18,261 bases of DNA from a bacterium (GCA_037138355.1 JBAXIL010000037.1:1-18261), one strand, 5' to 3'; counted from the stretch's first letter, positions 1-8,570 are shown. Program-made: numbers and translations. Notes: generated by a model not told the origin, from the sequence alone.

Positions 1-73
1 CTATATTTGCATCTTTTACAGCCACTACATTTCCGTATTTTTTTCCTACATTTTTGAGCACAACTCTCGCCAT
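1..73 (-). CDS. 5' fragment of a sugar/glycerol-3-phosphate ABC transporter ATP-binding subunit (MalK/UgpC/MsmX family), running off the window edge
   Basis: Manual translation of the reverse complement from ATG at 73 gives MARVVLKNVGKKYGNVVAVKDANI, a typical N-terminus of CUT1-family ABC ATPases. SD AGGAGA at 81-86 on the minus strand. Not in the ORF track because it is truncated. Confidence 0.75.
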   Translation of the reverse strand, partial: MARVVLKNVGKKYGNVVAVKDANI

Positions 74-127
74 TTATGGTTCTCCTATTCATTTTTATGA
101 ATAATTAAACAAAATAACAGTTTTTAA

Positions 128-156
128 ATATTAACATAATAATCTTGATTTTACAA
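128..156 (-). promoter_or_regulatory. Putative sigma70-type promoter for the ABC ATPase gene
   Basis: Minus strand reads TTGTAA-N17-TAATAT with a TG extended -10. AT-rich context makes chance matches likely. Confidence 0.4.
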
Positions 157-189
157 TTATAAACAATGGGGCTTTTAAACACTTTTCCC

Positions 190-218
190 TTGAATAAATG
201 GCAAAAATACAATAAAAT
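190..218 (+). promoter_or_regulatory. Putative sigma70-type promoter for the PBP1A gene
   Basis: TTGAAT (190-195)-N17-TAAAAT (213-218), about 60 bp upstream of the TTG start. SD GAGGTG at 268-273. Confidence 0.45.
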
Positions 219-277
219 TACATTATGTTTTTATTAAAAGAAACAGTATTTGGGTACCTAATAAAATGAGGTGAAAC

Positions 278-2674
278 TTGGAAAACGAAGACAATAAAGA
301 TATTAAAAATACCAACAACCCTGATGGTACAATTCCGAAAATAGTACCTACCGACAAACCACCTGCAGACATAGTTCCAGAAGTCGAAAAGCCGACTATA
401 GAGCCAGTTGAAGAACCAATTATAGTACCTATTCCACCTTCCCCAAAAAAATTAGGACTTATACCTGGAGTTCAGTTTACTTTAATCGCTGTTATTCTTG
501 GCTCATTCATAGGAGCAGGTCTTCTCATAGGAGTTTTCTTGGCATATATGCAGGAGATTCCTGAAGTAGCCGACTTAAAAAACTACAAACCAAATATGTC
601 CACCGCCGTCTATGACGACAGTGGGGCAATGGTATCACAACTATATGACGAACAACGCACTATAGTTAGACTTACAGACATCCCAATCAACTTGCAAAAT
701 GCCGTTATTGCCAAAGAGGATCCGCATTTTTTCCAACATGGCGGTTTTGACATAAAAGCTATCTTCCGTGCCCTTATCAATAACACTTTACATGGCAAAA
801 TAGTTGAAGGTGCTTCTACCATAACTCAACAGCTTGCCAGAAACCTATTTTTAAACCGAGAAAAAACATTTACAAGAAAAATAAAAGAAGCTGTTCTCGC
901 ATTACAGATAGAAAAATATTATACAAAAAAAGAAATTATTGAACTTTACTGCAACCAAGTATATTTTGGCAATAGTGCTTACGGAGTAGAGACAGCTTCG
1001 CGTACATATTTTGGTAAACATATTTATGAACTTACACTTCCGGAATGTGCTATGTTAGCGGCTTTACCGCAGGCTCCATCACAGTTTAACCCATACAAAC
1101 ACGCTGATATAGCACTTGAAAAAAGAAATATCGTACTGGATAAAATGGCAGAACGCGGTTATATTACAGAACAAGAAAAAAATGATGCCAAAGCCCAACC
1201 TATACTCTTAAGTAAACTCGAAGTCAAAAACGCACCTTATTTTGTAGAATATGTTAGACAACAGCTTGAAACCACTTATGGCAGTTCCATAATATATAAA
1301 GGCGGCCTAAGAGTTAACTCCACATTAAATGGCACCATGCAAAATTCAGCCCAAGAAATCTTCAATTCAAATATAAAAAAAATACAGCAAAATATAGAAA
1401 GCAACCGTGGAAGAAAACTCGATGCCCCACTTCAAGGGGCTATGATTGCTATGGAACCAGCTACTGGAAAGATTTTAGTTATGATAGGTGGCGTAGATTA
1501 TTCCAAATCAGAGTTTAACAGATCAGTACAAGCCCTAAGACAGACGGGTTCGTCGTTTAAACCAATAGTATATACCGCCGCCATTGCGAGCGGTTTTAGA
1601 GCTTCGGATGTAATTATGGATTCTCCTATAGTGTATAAAAATAATGATGGCACTGAATGGAAACCAGAAAACTTTTCGGGCAAGTTCAGCGGACCAATGA
1701 TAATTCTGAATGGTTTAACTTACTCTAAAAATATCGTGACCGTAAAATTGCTAAGTAAGTTAGGTACTGGCACTGTAAAAAAATACGCAAGAGCCATGGG
1801 TATAACCTCGCCTTTAGCCTCTGATTTAACTCTCGGTTTAGGTTCTTCCTCTATTTCACTTATGGAAATGGTTTCCGCCTTCTGCCCTCTTGCCAATGGT
1901 GGCAGCAAAGTAACGCCTATGTCTGTGATAAATGTAAAAGATTCAAACGGCAAAGATTTGGAAGCTAATTCGCCTCGCATAGAACAAGCTATTCCAGACA
2001 CCACTGCCTATATAGTAACTTGTATGCTTGAAAATGTAGTCAATAAAGGAACAGGTAAAACTGTGCGTAATATGGGTTTTACAGGCCCTTGTGCAGGCAA
2101 AACAGGCACTACAAACGACTTTACCGATGCTTGGTATATCGGTTATACCCCTGATTTAGTTGTAGGTATTTGGATTGGATTTGACAACAAACAATCTATG
2201 GGCAAGAACATGGTGGGTGGAACTATTGCTGCACCTATTTGGGCGGAGTTCATGTTAAAATCGACCATTCCTTCTACAAAAGAGTTTCCTGTACCAGACA
2301 ATATAACATTTAAGAAAATATGCGCTAAGTCAGGACTTTTAGCCACTGCCGCTTGTACTGATGCCAACACTATCGATACACCATTTATAGACGGCACAGA
2401 ACCGACTAAGCCATGCAACTATCACACCAATGTAAGTTCATCTAATTTCATGAACGAAGATATGGAAAGTTCTGCTGCCGCAGCAGACGACTGGAATGAA
2501 GAAGAAGGTTCAGGCAACAAAAAAGTTTCCAAACCTGTTAATAACACAACTGCTAATGACTCCAACGATGATGAAAAGACAAGAGAAATAAAACAAACAG
2601 ATAGCACTACTTCGGCACCAACCGCAAAACCAACTGCGGCTTCAGATGAAGAAACTGGATATGGTGGATTTTAA
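278..2674 (+). CDS. mrcA: Class A bifunctional penicillin-binding protein (PBP1A family transglycosylase/transpeptidase)
   Basis: GT51 motifs EDPHFFQHGG, GASTITQQL and RKIKE. Transpeptidase motifs SxxK (SSFK), SxN (SKN) and KTGT. One N-terminal TM helix after a Pro-rich cytoplasmic tail, and an acidic low-complexity C-terminus. Confidence 0.95.
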   Translation: MENEDNKDIKNTNNPDGTIPKIVPTDKPPADIVPEVEKPTIEPVEEPIIVPIPPSPKKLGLIPGVQFTLIAVILGSFIGAGLLIGVFLAYMQEIPEVADLKNYKPNMSTAVYDDSGAMVSQLYDEQRTIVRLTDIPINLQNAVIAKEDPHFFQHGGFDIKAIFRALINNTLHGKIVEGASTITQQLARNLFLNREKTFTRKIKEAVLALQIEKYYTKKEIIELYCNQVYFGNSAYGVETASRTYFGKHIYELTLPECAMLAALPQAPSQFNPYKHADIALEKRNIVLDKMAERGYITEQEKNDAKAQPILLSKLEVKNAPYFVEYVRQQLETTYGSSIIYKGGLRVNSTLNGTMQNSAQEIFNSNIKKIQQNIESNRGRKLDAPLQGAMIAMEPATGKILVMIGGVDYSKSEFNRSVQALRQTGSSFKPIVYTAAIASGFRASDVIMDSPIVYKNNDGTEWKPENFSGKFSGPMIILNGLTYSKNIVTVKLLSKLGTGTVKKYARAMGITSPLASDLTLGLGSSSISLMEMVSAFCPLANGGSKVTPMSVINVKDSNGKDLEANSPRIEQAIPDTTAYIVTCMLENVVNKGTGKTVRNMGFTGPCAGKTGTTNDFTDAWYIGYTPDLVVGIWIGFDNKQSMGKNMVGGTIAAPIWAEFMLKSTIPSTKEFPVPDNITFKKICAKSGLLATAACTDANTIDTPFIDGTEPTKPCNYHTNVSSSNFMNEDMESSAAAADDWNEEEGSGNKKVSKPVNNTTANDSNDDEKTREIKQTDSTTSAPTAKPTAASDEETGYGGF

Positions 2675-2684
2675 ACATTTCATT

Positions 2685-3407
2685 TTATAGTTGAGCCGCT
2701 TCTAAAACATTTTTATATGCTGCATTGTATTTTTCCATTAGACCATCTTCATAAAAGCTAAAATACCCTTTCCCTTGCGTGCCTATTATAATGTGGTCTA
2801 AAAGTATTATATCCATTTCCTTCGTTGCGAAAAGCAATTTTCTGGTTATCTTTTTGTCGTTTTCAGATGGAGTCGGATCGCCACTTGGATGATTGTGAAG
2901 AATTACTATACTCAAAGCTCCACGCTTCATGGCCTCACTGATTAATTCTCTTGGATAAAGCAGTGACTGAGTAATAGTTCCTTCACATATCATAGAATTG
3001 CCGCTTATTTTATTTTTAGCATCTAAATAAATACAATAAACCGCTTCCCTTGTCATATCTGCACATATATTTTTAAAATATATTATTATATCTGCTTGGC
3101 TGGAAGCTGCAAATTTTTTATTTACGAAGGTTTCTTCAGAATGGAATTGAATGAAACTTTTGACAATCTTAAAGAAAGTTTTAGTTTCTTCCCCTACACC
3201 ATCAATTTTTTGATTTGCTATGACTTCAAATATCTTTTTAAAATTATTGCCTGCCTTGGAATATATTTCTTTGGATTGTGGTTTAACATCTTTTCCTTTT
3301 ATTGCATAAGACAACATTAGTTCCAATACTTCTGGTTTTGCTGCCATGTTCTTATTAAAGCGGTCCTTGAGCCGTTTTATATGACCTATACCGTAGTGCT
3401 TTTCCAT
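2685..3407 (-). CDS. radC: RadC family JAB/MPN-domain protein
   Basis: JAB motif E...HNHPSGDPTPSEND...LLDHIIIG. N-terminal GHIKRLKDRF resembles the RadC GHRxRL start, and there is an HhH-like IDGVGE segment. ATG at 3407 is preferred over GTG at 3416 because of spacing from SD GAGGGGG. Confidence 0.9.
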   Translation of the reverse strand: MEKHYGIGHIKRLKDRFNKNMAAKPEVLELMLSYAIKGKDVKPQSKEIYSKAGNNFKKIFEVIANQKIDGVGEETKTFFKIVKSFIQFHSEETFVNKKFAASSQADIIIYFKNICADMTREAVYCIYLDAKNKISGNSMICEGTITQSLLYPRELISEAMKRGALSIVILHNHPSGDPTPSENDKKITRKLLFATKEMDIILLDHIIIGTQGKGYFSFYEDGLMEKYNAAYKNVLEAAQL

Positions 3408-3480
3408 TAATGCCACCCCCTCAAAGTGGTAAAACTACTAAAACCTTAAAACAAATCTAGTACAACAAACTTAATGCTAA

Positions 3481-3724
3481 AGTGAATATTATTAAAGAAC
3501 CAATAATATTCACTGTGATACCTCTCGTCACTCCGCAGTAGCTCCGTGACTTGATCGGGTATAAGTGTGAGTGAAATTTTATTTCGCTCTTGCTCATAAA
3601 ATTAACTCACACTAAATAATATTCACTGCTATACCGCTTGTCCCAGCATAGCTGGGACTTGAGCGGGTATAAGTGTGAGTAAAATTTTATTTCGCTCTTG
3701 CTCATAAAATTAACTCACACTAAA
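3481..3724. repeat. Tandem pair of ~110-bp structured (two-hairpin) REP-like units, preceded by a 13-bp inverted repeat
   Basis: Units 3502-3614 and 3615-3722. A 61-bp block (3556-3616 vs 3664-3724) is identical except for one base. AATAATATTCACT occurs at 3502 and 3615, with its inverted copy AGTGAATATTATT at 3481. Confidence 0.9.
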
Positions 3725-3762
3725 AAAAAGGCAGGCACAAAATTTAATTTATGCCCGCCTTT
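3722..3762 (-). terminator. Rho-independent terminator downstream of the TPR gene
   Basis: Minus strand reads AAAGGCGGGCA...TGCCTGCC followed by 8 T residues, about 20 nt after the stop codon at 3781. Confidence 0.8.
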
Positions 3763-3780
3763 AATATTTTAAGTTTCTTA

Positions 3781-4473
3781 TTAGAAAAGAAACAAAACTG
3801 CGATTGCTGCTGCGAATAATCCTGCAAGTAATATCGGATGAACTCCAAGTTGCTGACTAATACGCGGTTCTGCAGCTCCACCAGTACTGCTGTTAAGCTT
3901 TGCAAGAACATTCTTTACGCCGGGATTGTTTGGATTTAACTGAAGTGATTTATTGTAAGCCAATTTTGCATTTTCAAAATCGCCTTTGTAATAAAAAGCC
4001 GTACCCATAAACTGATATGCCTGATAAGTTGGACCTACTTTTGCTGATGCCTGATAATATTTTATTGCCATATCATACTGTTTTGCTTTTAAGTATTTAT
4101 GTCCAGTCATTAGATACTGTTGAGCAGGACCTGCAGCAGCCGAACCTGCACCGCCACTTAATTTTGCTACCATAGCTTTTGCTGCAGCATTTGCAGGATT
4201 TAATTTAAGAGAGTATTGAAAACTTCTAAGGGCACTTGCTTGATCTGCCTTATAATACTGAGCAACACCAAGTGAATAATAGTTTTCGCTGCTCGGACTT
4301 AATTTAATTGACTGATTAAAATAGCTTATAGCTTTATCAATTTGTTTTGCTTTAAGCAATTTATTGCCATAATCTAAATACTGTTTTGCATCATCTGAAG
4401 CAGTGGCAAATAATATACCCGATGACACAAAAACAATAAGAGCCAAAGTAATAATTAATTTTGAAACCTTCAT
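3781..4473 (-). CDS. Exported TPR protein with internal duplication and a C-terminal membrane anchor
   Basis: Signal peptide MKVSKLIITLALIVFVSSGILFA, two similar TPR blocks joined by a Gly/Ala linker, and a hydrophobic C-terminus. ATG at 4473 follows SD AAGGGG. Confidence 0.85.
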   Translation of the reverse strand: MKVSKLIITLALIVFVSSGILFATASDDAKQYLDYGNKLLKAKQIDKAISYFNQSIKLSPSSENYYSLGVAQYYKADQASALRSFQYSLKLNPANAAAKAMVAKLSGGAGSAAAGPAQQYLMTGHKYLKAKQYDMAIKYYQASAKVGPTYQAYQFMGTAFYYKGDFENAKLAYNKSLQLNPNNPGVKNVLAKLNSSTGGAAEPRISQQLGVHPILLAGLFAAAIAVLFLF

Positions 4474-4520
4474 TTCGCACACCCCTTATTAAAAATTTTA
4501 TTTTATTAATATATTCTTAT

Positions 4521-5651
4521 TTATGGTAATGGTGGCAATGCATCCCCAGGAGACATTCCCATATCTTCTCCAGGCAAACCAGGTTCTCCTGAAGGAGAAC
4601 TCAAATCAGGTTCTGGTAAATCTCCGCCAGGTAATGCCGTACTATCAGATGGCAATCCAGGTTCTGCGTTCATATCTGCTGGAGGTAAACCAGGTTCTGC
4701 ATTCATATCTGCTGGTGGTAGTCCAGGTTCTGCGTTCATATCTGCTGGTGGTAATCCAGGTTCAGCATTCATATCTGCTGGTGGTAATCCAGGTTCTGCG
4801 TTCATATCTTCTGGAGGTAAACCAGGTTCTGTATTCATGTCTGCAGGAGGTAAACCAGGCTCTGCATTCATGTCTGCAGGCGGTAAACCAGGCTCTGCAT
4901 TCATATCTGCTGGTGGTAAGCCAGGTTCTGCATTCATATCTGCAGGCGGTAAGCCAGGTTCTGCGTTCATATCTGCTGGTGGTAATCCAGGTTCTGCGTT
5001 CATATCTGCAGGCGGTAATCCAGGTTCTGCGTTCATATCTGCTGGTGGTAATGCAGGTTCATTTAGTGGATTTAATGATGGTTCAGCTTCTCCTGGCAAT
5101 GTTTCTAAACCAGGCATGACTTCTGCTCCTGTGTTTAAATCACCTGGCAAAATAGGTACACTTAAATCAGCTGGAACAGTCGATTTTATTATTGGTTTTT
5201 TTATAATTGCTAAAGCTGGTATTTTGTTTATCGGAGTTTTATTTGGGGATTGAACTGGTCTTTGCTGAAACTTTCTTACTCTTACTTTAGAATACATTGT
5301 TTCTGCAACAGTGGCTCCTTTATTTCCTTCCTGAAGTAGCCAGCTGTCAACAATCTTTACAGCAGACATTCTCTGAAAAGGTTGTACAACTTCAACCATT
5401 ACTTTTCCATACTTTCCATCAACTAAAAACCGATCTCCTTGCTTGATTCCATGCGCTTTTCCTATATCTACATATGTGTATTCTTTGTAATTTGGATCAG
5501 CAACACCAATTATCTTTGCATTAATTGCAAAATCAGTTTTGGTAGTTGTTACTGACTCTGCTGCTGATTGCGAATATATAGTTACTGTTGTCGTAAAAGA
5601 TAATATAATTGCGGATAATAATAGCAAACATAGGTTTTTTAAATTAATCAT
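4521..5651 (-). CDS. Exported hypothetical protein: signal peptide, FlgT-C-like beta domain, Pro/acid-rich tandem-repeat tail
   Basis: SD GGAGG precedes the ATG, followed by a hydrophobic N-terminus. YVDIGKAHGIKQGDRFLV...VEVVQ...SAVKIV resembles FlgT C-terminal-like domains (by eye). Contains NAEPGLPPADM repeats. Confidence 0.8.
   Translation of the reverse strand: MINLKNLCLLLLSAIILSFTTTVTIYSQSAAESVTTTKTDFAINAKIIGVADPNYKEYTYVDIGKAHGIKQGDRFLVDGKYGKVMVEVVQPFQRMSAVKIVDSWLLQEGNKGATVAETMYSKVRVRKFQQRPVQSPNKTPINKIPALAIIKKPIIKSTVPADLSVPILPGDLNTGAEVMPGLETLPGEAEPSLNPLNEPALPPADMNAEPGLPPADMNAEPGLPPADMNAEPGLPPADMNAEPGLPPADMNAEPGLPPADMNAEPGLPPADMNTEPGLPPEDMNAEPGLPPADMNAEPGLPPADMNAEPGLPPADMNAEPGLPPADMNAEPGLPSDSTALPGGDLPEPDLSSPSGEPGLPGEDMGMSPGDALPPLP
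4657..5060 (-). repeat. Coding tandem repeat: 12 full 33-bp units plus a partial unit (NAEPGLPPADM)
   Basis: Units begin CCAGGYTC at 4657, 4690, 4723 and so on up to 5020, with exact 33-bp periodicity. Differences are mostly synonymous in the minus-strand frame. Confidence 0.97.
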
Positions 5652-5693
5652 AATTCCTCCAACCTTTTTTGACAGCTTTTTAAACGTGTTTTA

Positions 5694-5722
5694 ATATTAT
5701 ATTAAACGATTATCTTTGTCAA
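5694..5722 (-). promoter_or_regulatory. Putative sigma70-type promoter for the repeat-protein/TPR gene pair
   Basis: Minus strand reads consensus TTGACA (5722-5717)-N17-TAATAT (5699-5694), with an overlapping TATAAT at 15-nt spacing, 42 bp upstream of the ATG. Confidence 0.65.
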
Positions 5723-5811
5723 TAGCAAATAATACCCAAAACAAAATACTGTTTCATAATTATGCAAGTTTATGGCTGTTTATTGCTTTTTATATTATAT
5801 TATAATGAACT

Positions 5812-6414
5812 TTATAACATTAATCTTTTCTGAATCCCTTTTAATGCATTTGTGACTGCTTTTTTTCTATGTGAAATAGAGTTTTTCTGAATTGAAGTCA
5901 TTTGTGCGTATGTTTTTTTAGAGTTTCCAGGACAAAATACAGGGTCATAACCAAAACCAAACAGCCCCTGTTCCTTTATGCTTATTTTCCCATAAACCTT
6001 ACCTTCATATACTTCCTCAACACCATTTGCGTATATAACTGCTACAACTGTCCTAAATGTGGCCGTACGGTCTTTGCTCTTTACACCTTTTAACAGTTTT
6101 AATAATTTACTATTATTATCCTTGAAAGAACATTTCGGGCCAGCAAATCTTGCGGAGTAAACACCTGGTGCCTTGGCTAAATAATCGACTTCAAGACCTG
6201 TATCGTCTGCAATTACAATTTTTCCTTTTGCCTTAACACGAATTGCTCTTGCCTTAATCAAAGCATTTTCAGAAAGCGTTTCACCAGTTTCCTTTATTTC
6301 CTTTAAATAACCAATATCTTCAAGCGAAAGAACTCGTGTTTTATGTTTATTTAAAATATCACTTATTTCGCTTAACTTATTTTTATTGTTTGATGCCAAA
6401 ACTATCTCTATCAT
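5812..6414 (-). CDS. rdgB: dITP/XTP pyrophosphatase (RdgB/HAM1 family)
   Basis: Motifs ASNNKNKLSE, ENALIKA, ADDTGL, PGVYSARF, GFGYDPVF and KNSISHR. Lies directly downstream of rph. Confidence 0.97.
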   Translation of the reverse strand: MIEIVLASNNKNKLSEISDILNKHKTRVLSLEDIGYLKEIKETGETLSENALIKARAIRVKAKGKIVIADDTGLEVDYLAKAPGVYSARFAGPKCSFKDNNSKLLKLLKGVKSKDRTATFRTVVAVIYANGVEEVYEGKVYGKISIKEQGLFGFGYDPVFCPGNSKKTYAQMTSIQKNSISHRKKAVTNALKGIQKRLML

Positions 6415-6416
6415 AT

Positions 6417-7136
6417 TTATAAACCCAGCGTTTTCTTTTGTATAGCGATTAATTCCATGATTCCCTTTTTGCCAAGCTCAATCATCTTAAGAAGCTTTGC
6501 TTCATTAAAAGTTTTCTTTTCCGCCGAGGACTGAACTTCCACAAACTCTCCTGCCTCTGTCATTACTATATTCATATCCACCTGCGCAGAAGAATCTTCT
6601 GAATAATTTAAATCAAGAATCTCTTCTCCGGAAGAATTAACTCCTGTTGAAATGGCTGCTAAAAATGACTTGATAGGATTTTCTTTTATATCTTTATTAA
6701 GCGTCATTAAAGCTATGGCATCGTATAATGCTATGAAAGATCCAGTTATTGCTGCTGTTCTCGTGCCACCATCTGCCTGCATGACATCTGCATCTATTAT
6801 TATTGATTTTTCACCAAGTTTTTTCATATCAATCACACTTCGTAAAGACCGACCTATGAGTCTTTGAATTTCTTGGCTCCTACCGTTTACTTTACCTTTT
6901 GTGGCATCCCTCGGTATTCTCGTCTGTGCGGATCTTGGCAACATAGAATACTCAGCAGTAACCCAGCCAGAACCAGTTCCTTTTAAAAATGGTGGAATAT
7001 CATTAGTAACAGAAGCAGTACATATTACTTTTGTCTCTCCAAATTCCACCAAAACAGAACCTTCTGCTGATTTAATAAAGTCCCTTGTTATTTTTACTTT
7101 TCTAAGCTCGTCATTTTTTCTTCCGTCTATACGCAT
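6417..7136 (-). CDS. rph: Ribonuclease PH
   Basis: Motifs [53 protein letters not shown] and DLNYSEDS. Confidence 0.98.
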   Translation of the reverse strand: MRIDGRKNDELRKVKITRDFIKSAEGSVLVEFGETKVICTASVTNDIPPFLKGTGSGWVTAEYSMLPRSAQTRIPRDATKGKVNGRSQEIQRLIGRSLRSVIDMKKLGEKSIIIDADVMQADGGTRTAAITGSFIALYDAIALMTLNKDIKENPIKSFLAAISTGVNSSGEEILDLNYSEDSSAQVDMNIVMTEAGEFVEVQSSAEKKTFNEAKLLKMIELGKKGIMELIAIQKKTLGL

Positions 7137-7179
7137 TTTTTCTCCTTAAAGCTTTCAAATTGATATGACTCAGACATAG

Positions 7180-7545
7180 TTATTCAGAATACGCAGCCAT
7201 AGAGCTTTCGGACTCATATATAGCAACCTTACTAATCTTAGCTTTTTTAACTTTTGTTTTTAAATAATCATAAATGTATCTGGCTATATTTTCGGCAGAA
7301 GGATTATATTTCTTAAAAAAAGTTATATCCTTATTCAGGTTGCGATGATCTAATTTATCAGTAATTATTTTTAAATGTTTTTTTAAAATCGTAAAATCAA
7401 TAGCCAGTCCATCAGGACCAAGTGTAGAAGAAGTAAAATAGGCCTCAACTATGTAATTATGTCCGTGTACTCTCTCACACTTACCTTTATAATCACGCAG
7501 ATTATGTGCCGCTGCGAAACTGTCTTTAACCATAAGTTCATACAT
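7180..7545 (-). CDS. queD: 6-carboxy-5,6,7,8-tetrahydropterin synthase (QueD, PTPS-I type)
   Basis: Motifs FAAAH, CxxxHGH (CERVHGHNY), DF...LDH and NPSAENIA. Confidence 0.93.
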   Translation of the reverse strand: MYELMVKDSFAAAHNLRDYKGKCERVHGHNYIVEAYFTSSTLGPDGLAIDFTILKKHLKIITDKLDHRNLNKDITFFKKYNPSAENIARYIYDYLKTKVKKAKISKVAIYESESSMAAYSE

Positions 7546-7570
7546 GCCTTCTCCTTAAATGCTGAAATAA

Positions 7571-7754
7571 AGTCTCAATGATCTCAATAATCTCCGAGGT
7601 CTCAATGAACAAAACAGTCTCAACGATCTCAGTGGTCTCAATGATCTCAACGGTAATGCCATCGACTTCTGAGACTACTGAGACCACTGAGATTACTGAG
7701 ACTTTTTCTTCTTCGACTTCTGAGATTTCTGAGACTTTTGAGATTATTGAGTCT
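7571..7754. repeat. Intergenic palindrome of inverted 9-bp tandem repeats
   Basis: Left arm has 8 units of RRTCTCAAY-type repeats. Right arm has about 8 units of GAGAYTWYT-type repeats. ATCTCAGTGGTCTCA (7626-7640) is the exact reverse complement of TGAGACCACTGAGAT (7679-7693). Confidence 0.9.
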
Positions 7755-7758
7755 TCCT

Positions 7759-8553
7759 TTAAAGAACCACCCTCTTCGCCATTACCATGTTCTTCTTTAA
7801 AAACATTTTACCAACTTTATTGAAAGTATCTGGTGTATCGGTCACAAAAAACTCTGACTTACTTCTATTATTTCTTTGTGCTGTCATATCACGAGCTTCC
7901 AGTATGGCACGCACTGTTTTTGCCATTTCCATAGCAGAATCTATAATAGTAACCTGTGGCATTATTTTTTTTATAAGTGGTTTTAACAAAGGATAATGGG
8001 TACAGCCAAGTACTAAAGTATCAATTTTTTTCATTTTAAAACCTTCAAGATAATTACGCAATATGCTTTCAGTTTCTTTATTTGTCAACCAACCTTCTTC
8101 TACAAGAGGAACTAAAAGAGGCGCTGATTGACCAAACACATTGCACTTAGAATCATATTTTTTGATTCCTGCTATATATGCACCACTCATGATAGTGGCT
8201 TTTGTTCCTATAATACCGATTCTTTTATTTTTTGTCATTTCCACTGCTGCTCTGGCACCTGCTTCTATAACACCTATTATGTCTATATCAAAAGTTTTTT
8301 TGATTTCTTTCAAAGCCAGAGCCGAAGCAGTATTACATGCAACAACAATTATTTTTACATTTTTTTTCAACAAGAAAGCAGTATTTTCTTTAGAAAATCT
8401 TATAATTGTTTCTTTCGTTTTAGTGCCATAAGGCATTCTGGCTGTATCACCAAGATAAAATATCTGTTCATTTGGTAGTAGATTCATTATTTCCTTTACG
8501 ACAGTCAACCCACCAAGACCTGAATCAAAAATGCCAATTCCTTTATTGTTCAT
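7759..8553 (-). CDS. murI: Glutamate racemase
   Basis: Motifs IGIFDSGLGGLTV, PYGTK, VACNTASA and LGCTHYP, including both catalytic Cys residues. Confidence 0.98.
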   Translation of the reverse strand: MNNKGIGIFDSGLGGLTVVKEIMNLLPNEQIFYLGDTARMPYGTKTKETIIRFSKENTAFLLKKNVKIIVVACNTASALALKEIKKTFDIDIIGVIEAGARAAVEMTKNKRIGIIGTKATIMSGAYIAGIKKYDSKCNVFGQSAPLLVPLVEEGWLTNKETESILRNYLEGFKMKKIDTLVLGCTHYPLLKPLIKKIMPQVTIIDSAMEMAKTVRAILEARDMTAQRNNRSKSEFFVTDTPDTFNKVGKMFLKKNMVMAKRVVL

Positions 8554-8570
8554 AAGAACTCCTTTTAGAT

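Noticed and set aside
610..2607. Short minus-strand ORFs inside the PBP1A gene, and similar antisense ORFs inside other genes of the window
   Set aside because: They overlap well-supported genes on the opposite strand and show no recognisable motifs.
2685..3407. radC as a marker of a prophage or ICE
   Set aside because: It is the long form with an N-terminal helical region, flanked by chromosomal genes, with no integrase or other mobile-element genes in the window.
3502..3724. CRISPR array or integron attC array
   Set aside because: There are only two units, the constant part is over 60 bp, and the variable parts are homologous hairpins rather than unique spacers. No cas or intI gene is present, and the RYYYAAC/GTTRRRY attC ends are absent.
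4657..5060. CRISPR-like 33-bp repeats
   Set aside because: The units are contiguous with no spacers, in frame, and vary synonymously, so this is a coding repeat.
4523..5253. Plus-strand ORFs 4523-5119 and 4837-5253
   Set aside because: These are antisense shadows kept open by the 33-bp repeat. Variation is synonymous only in the minus-strand frame, which also has the SD and signal peptide.
7578..7823. 81-aa plus-strand Ser/Thr/Glu-rich ORF
   Set aside because: It results from 9-bp periodicity, has no SD, is antisense to the gene run and overlaps the murI 3' end.
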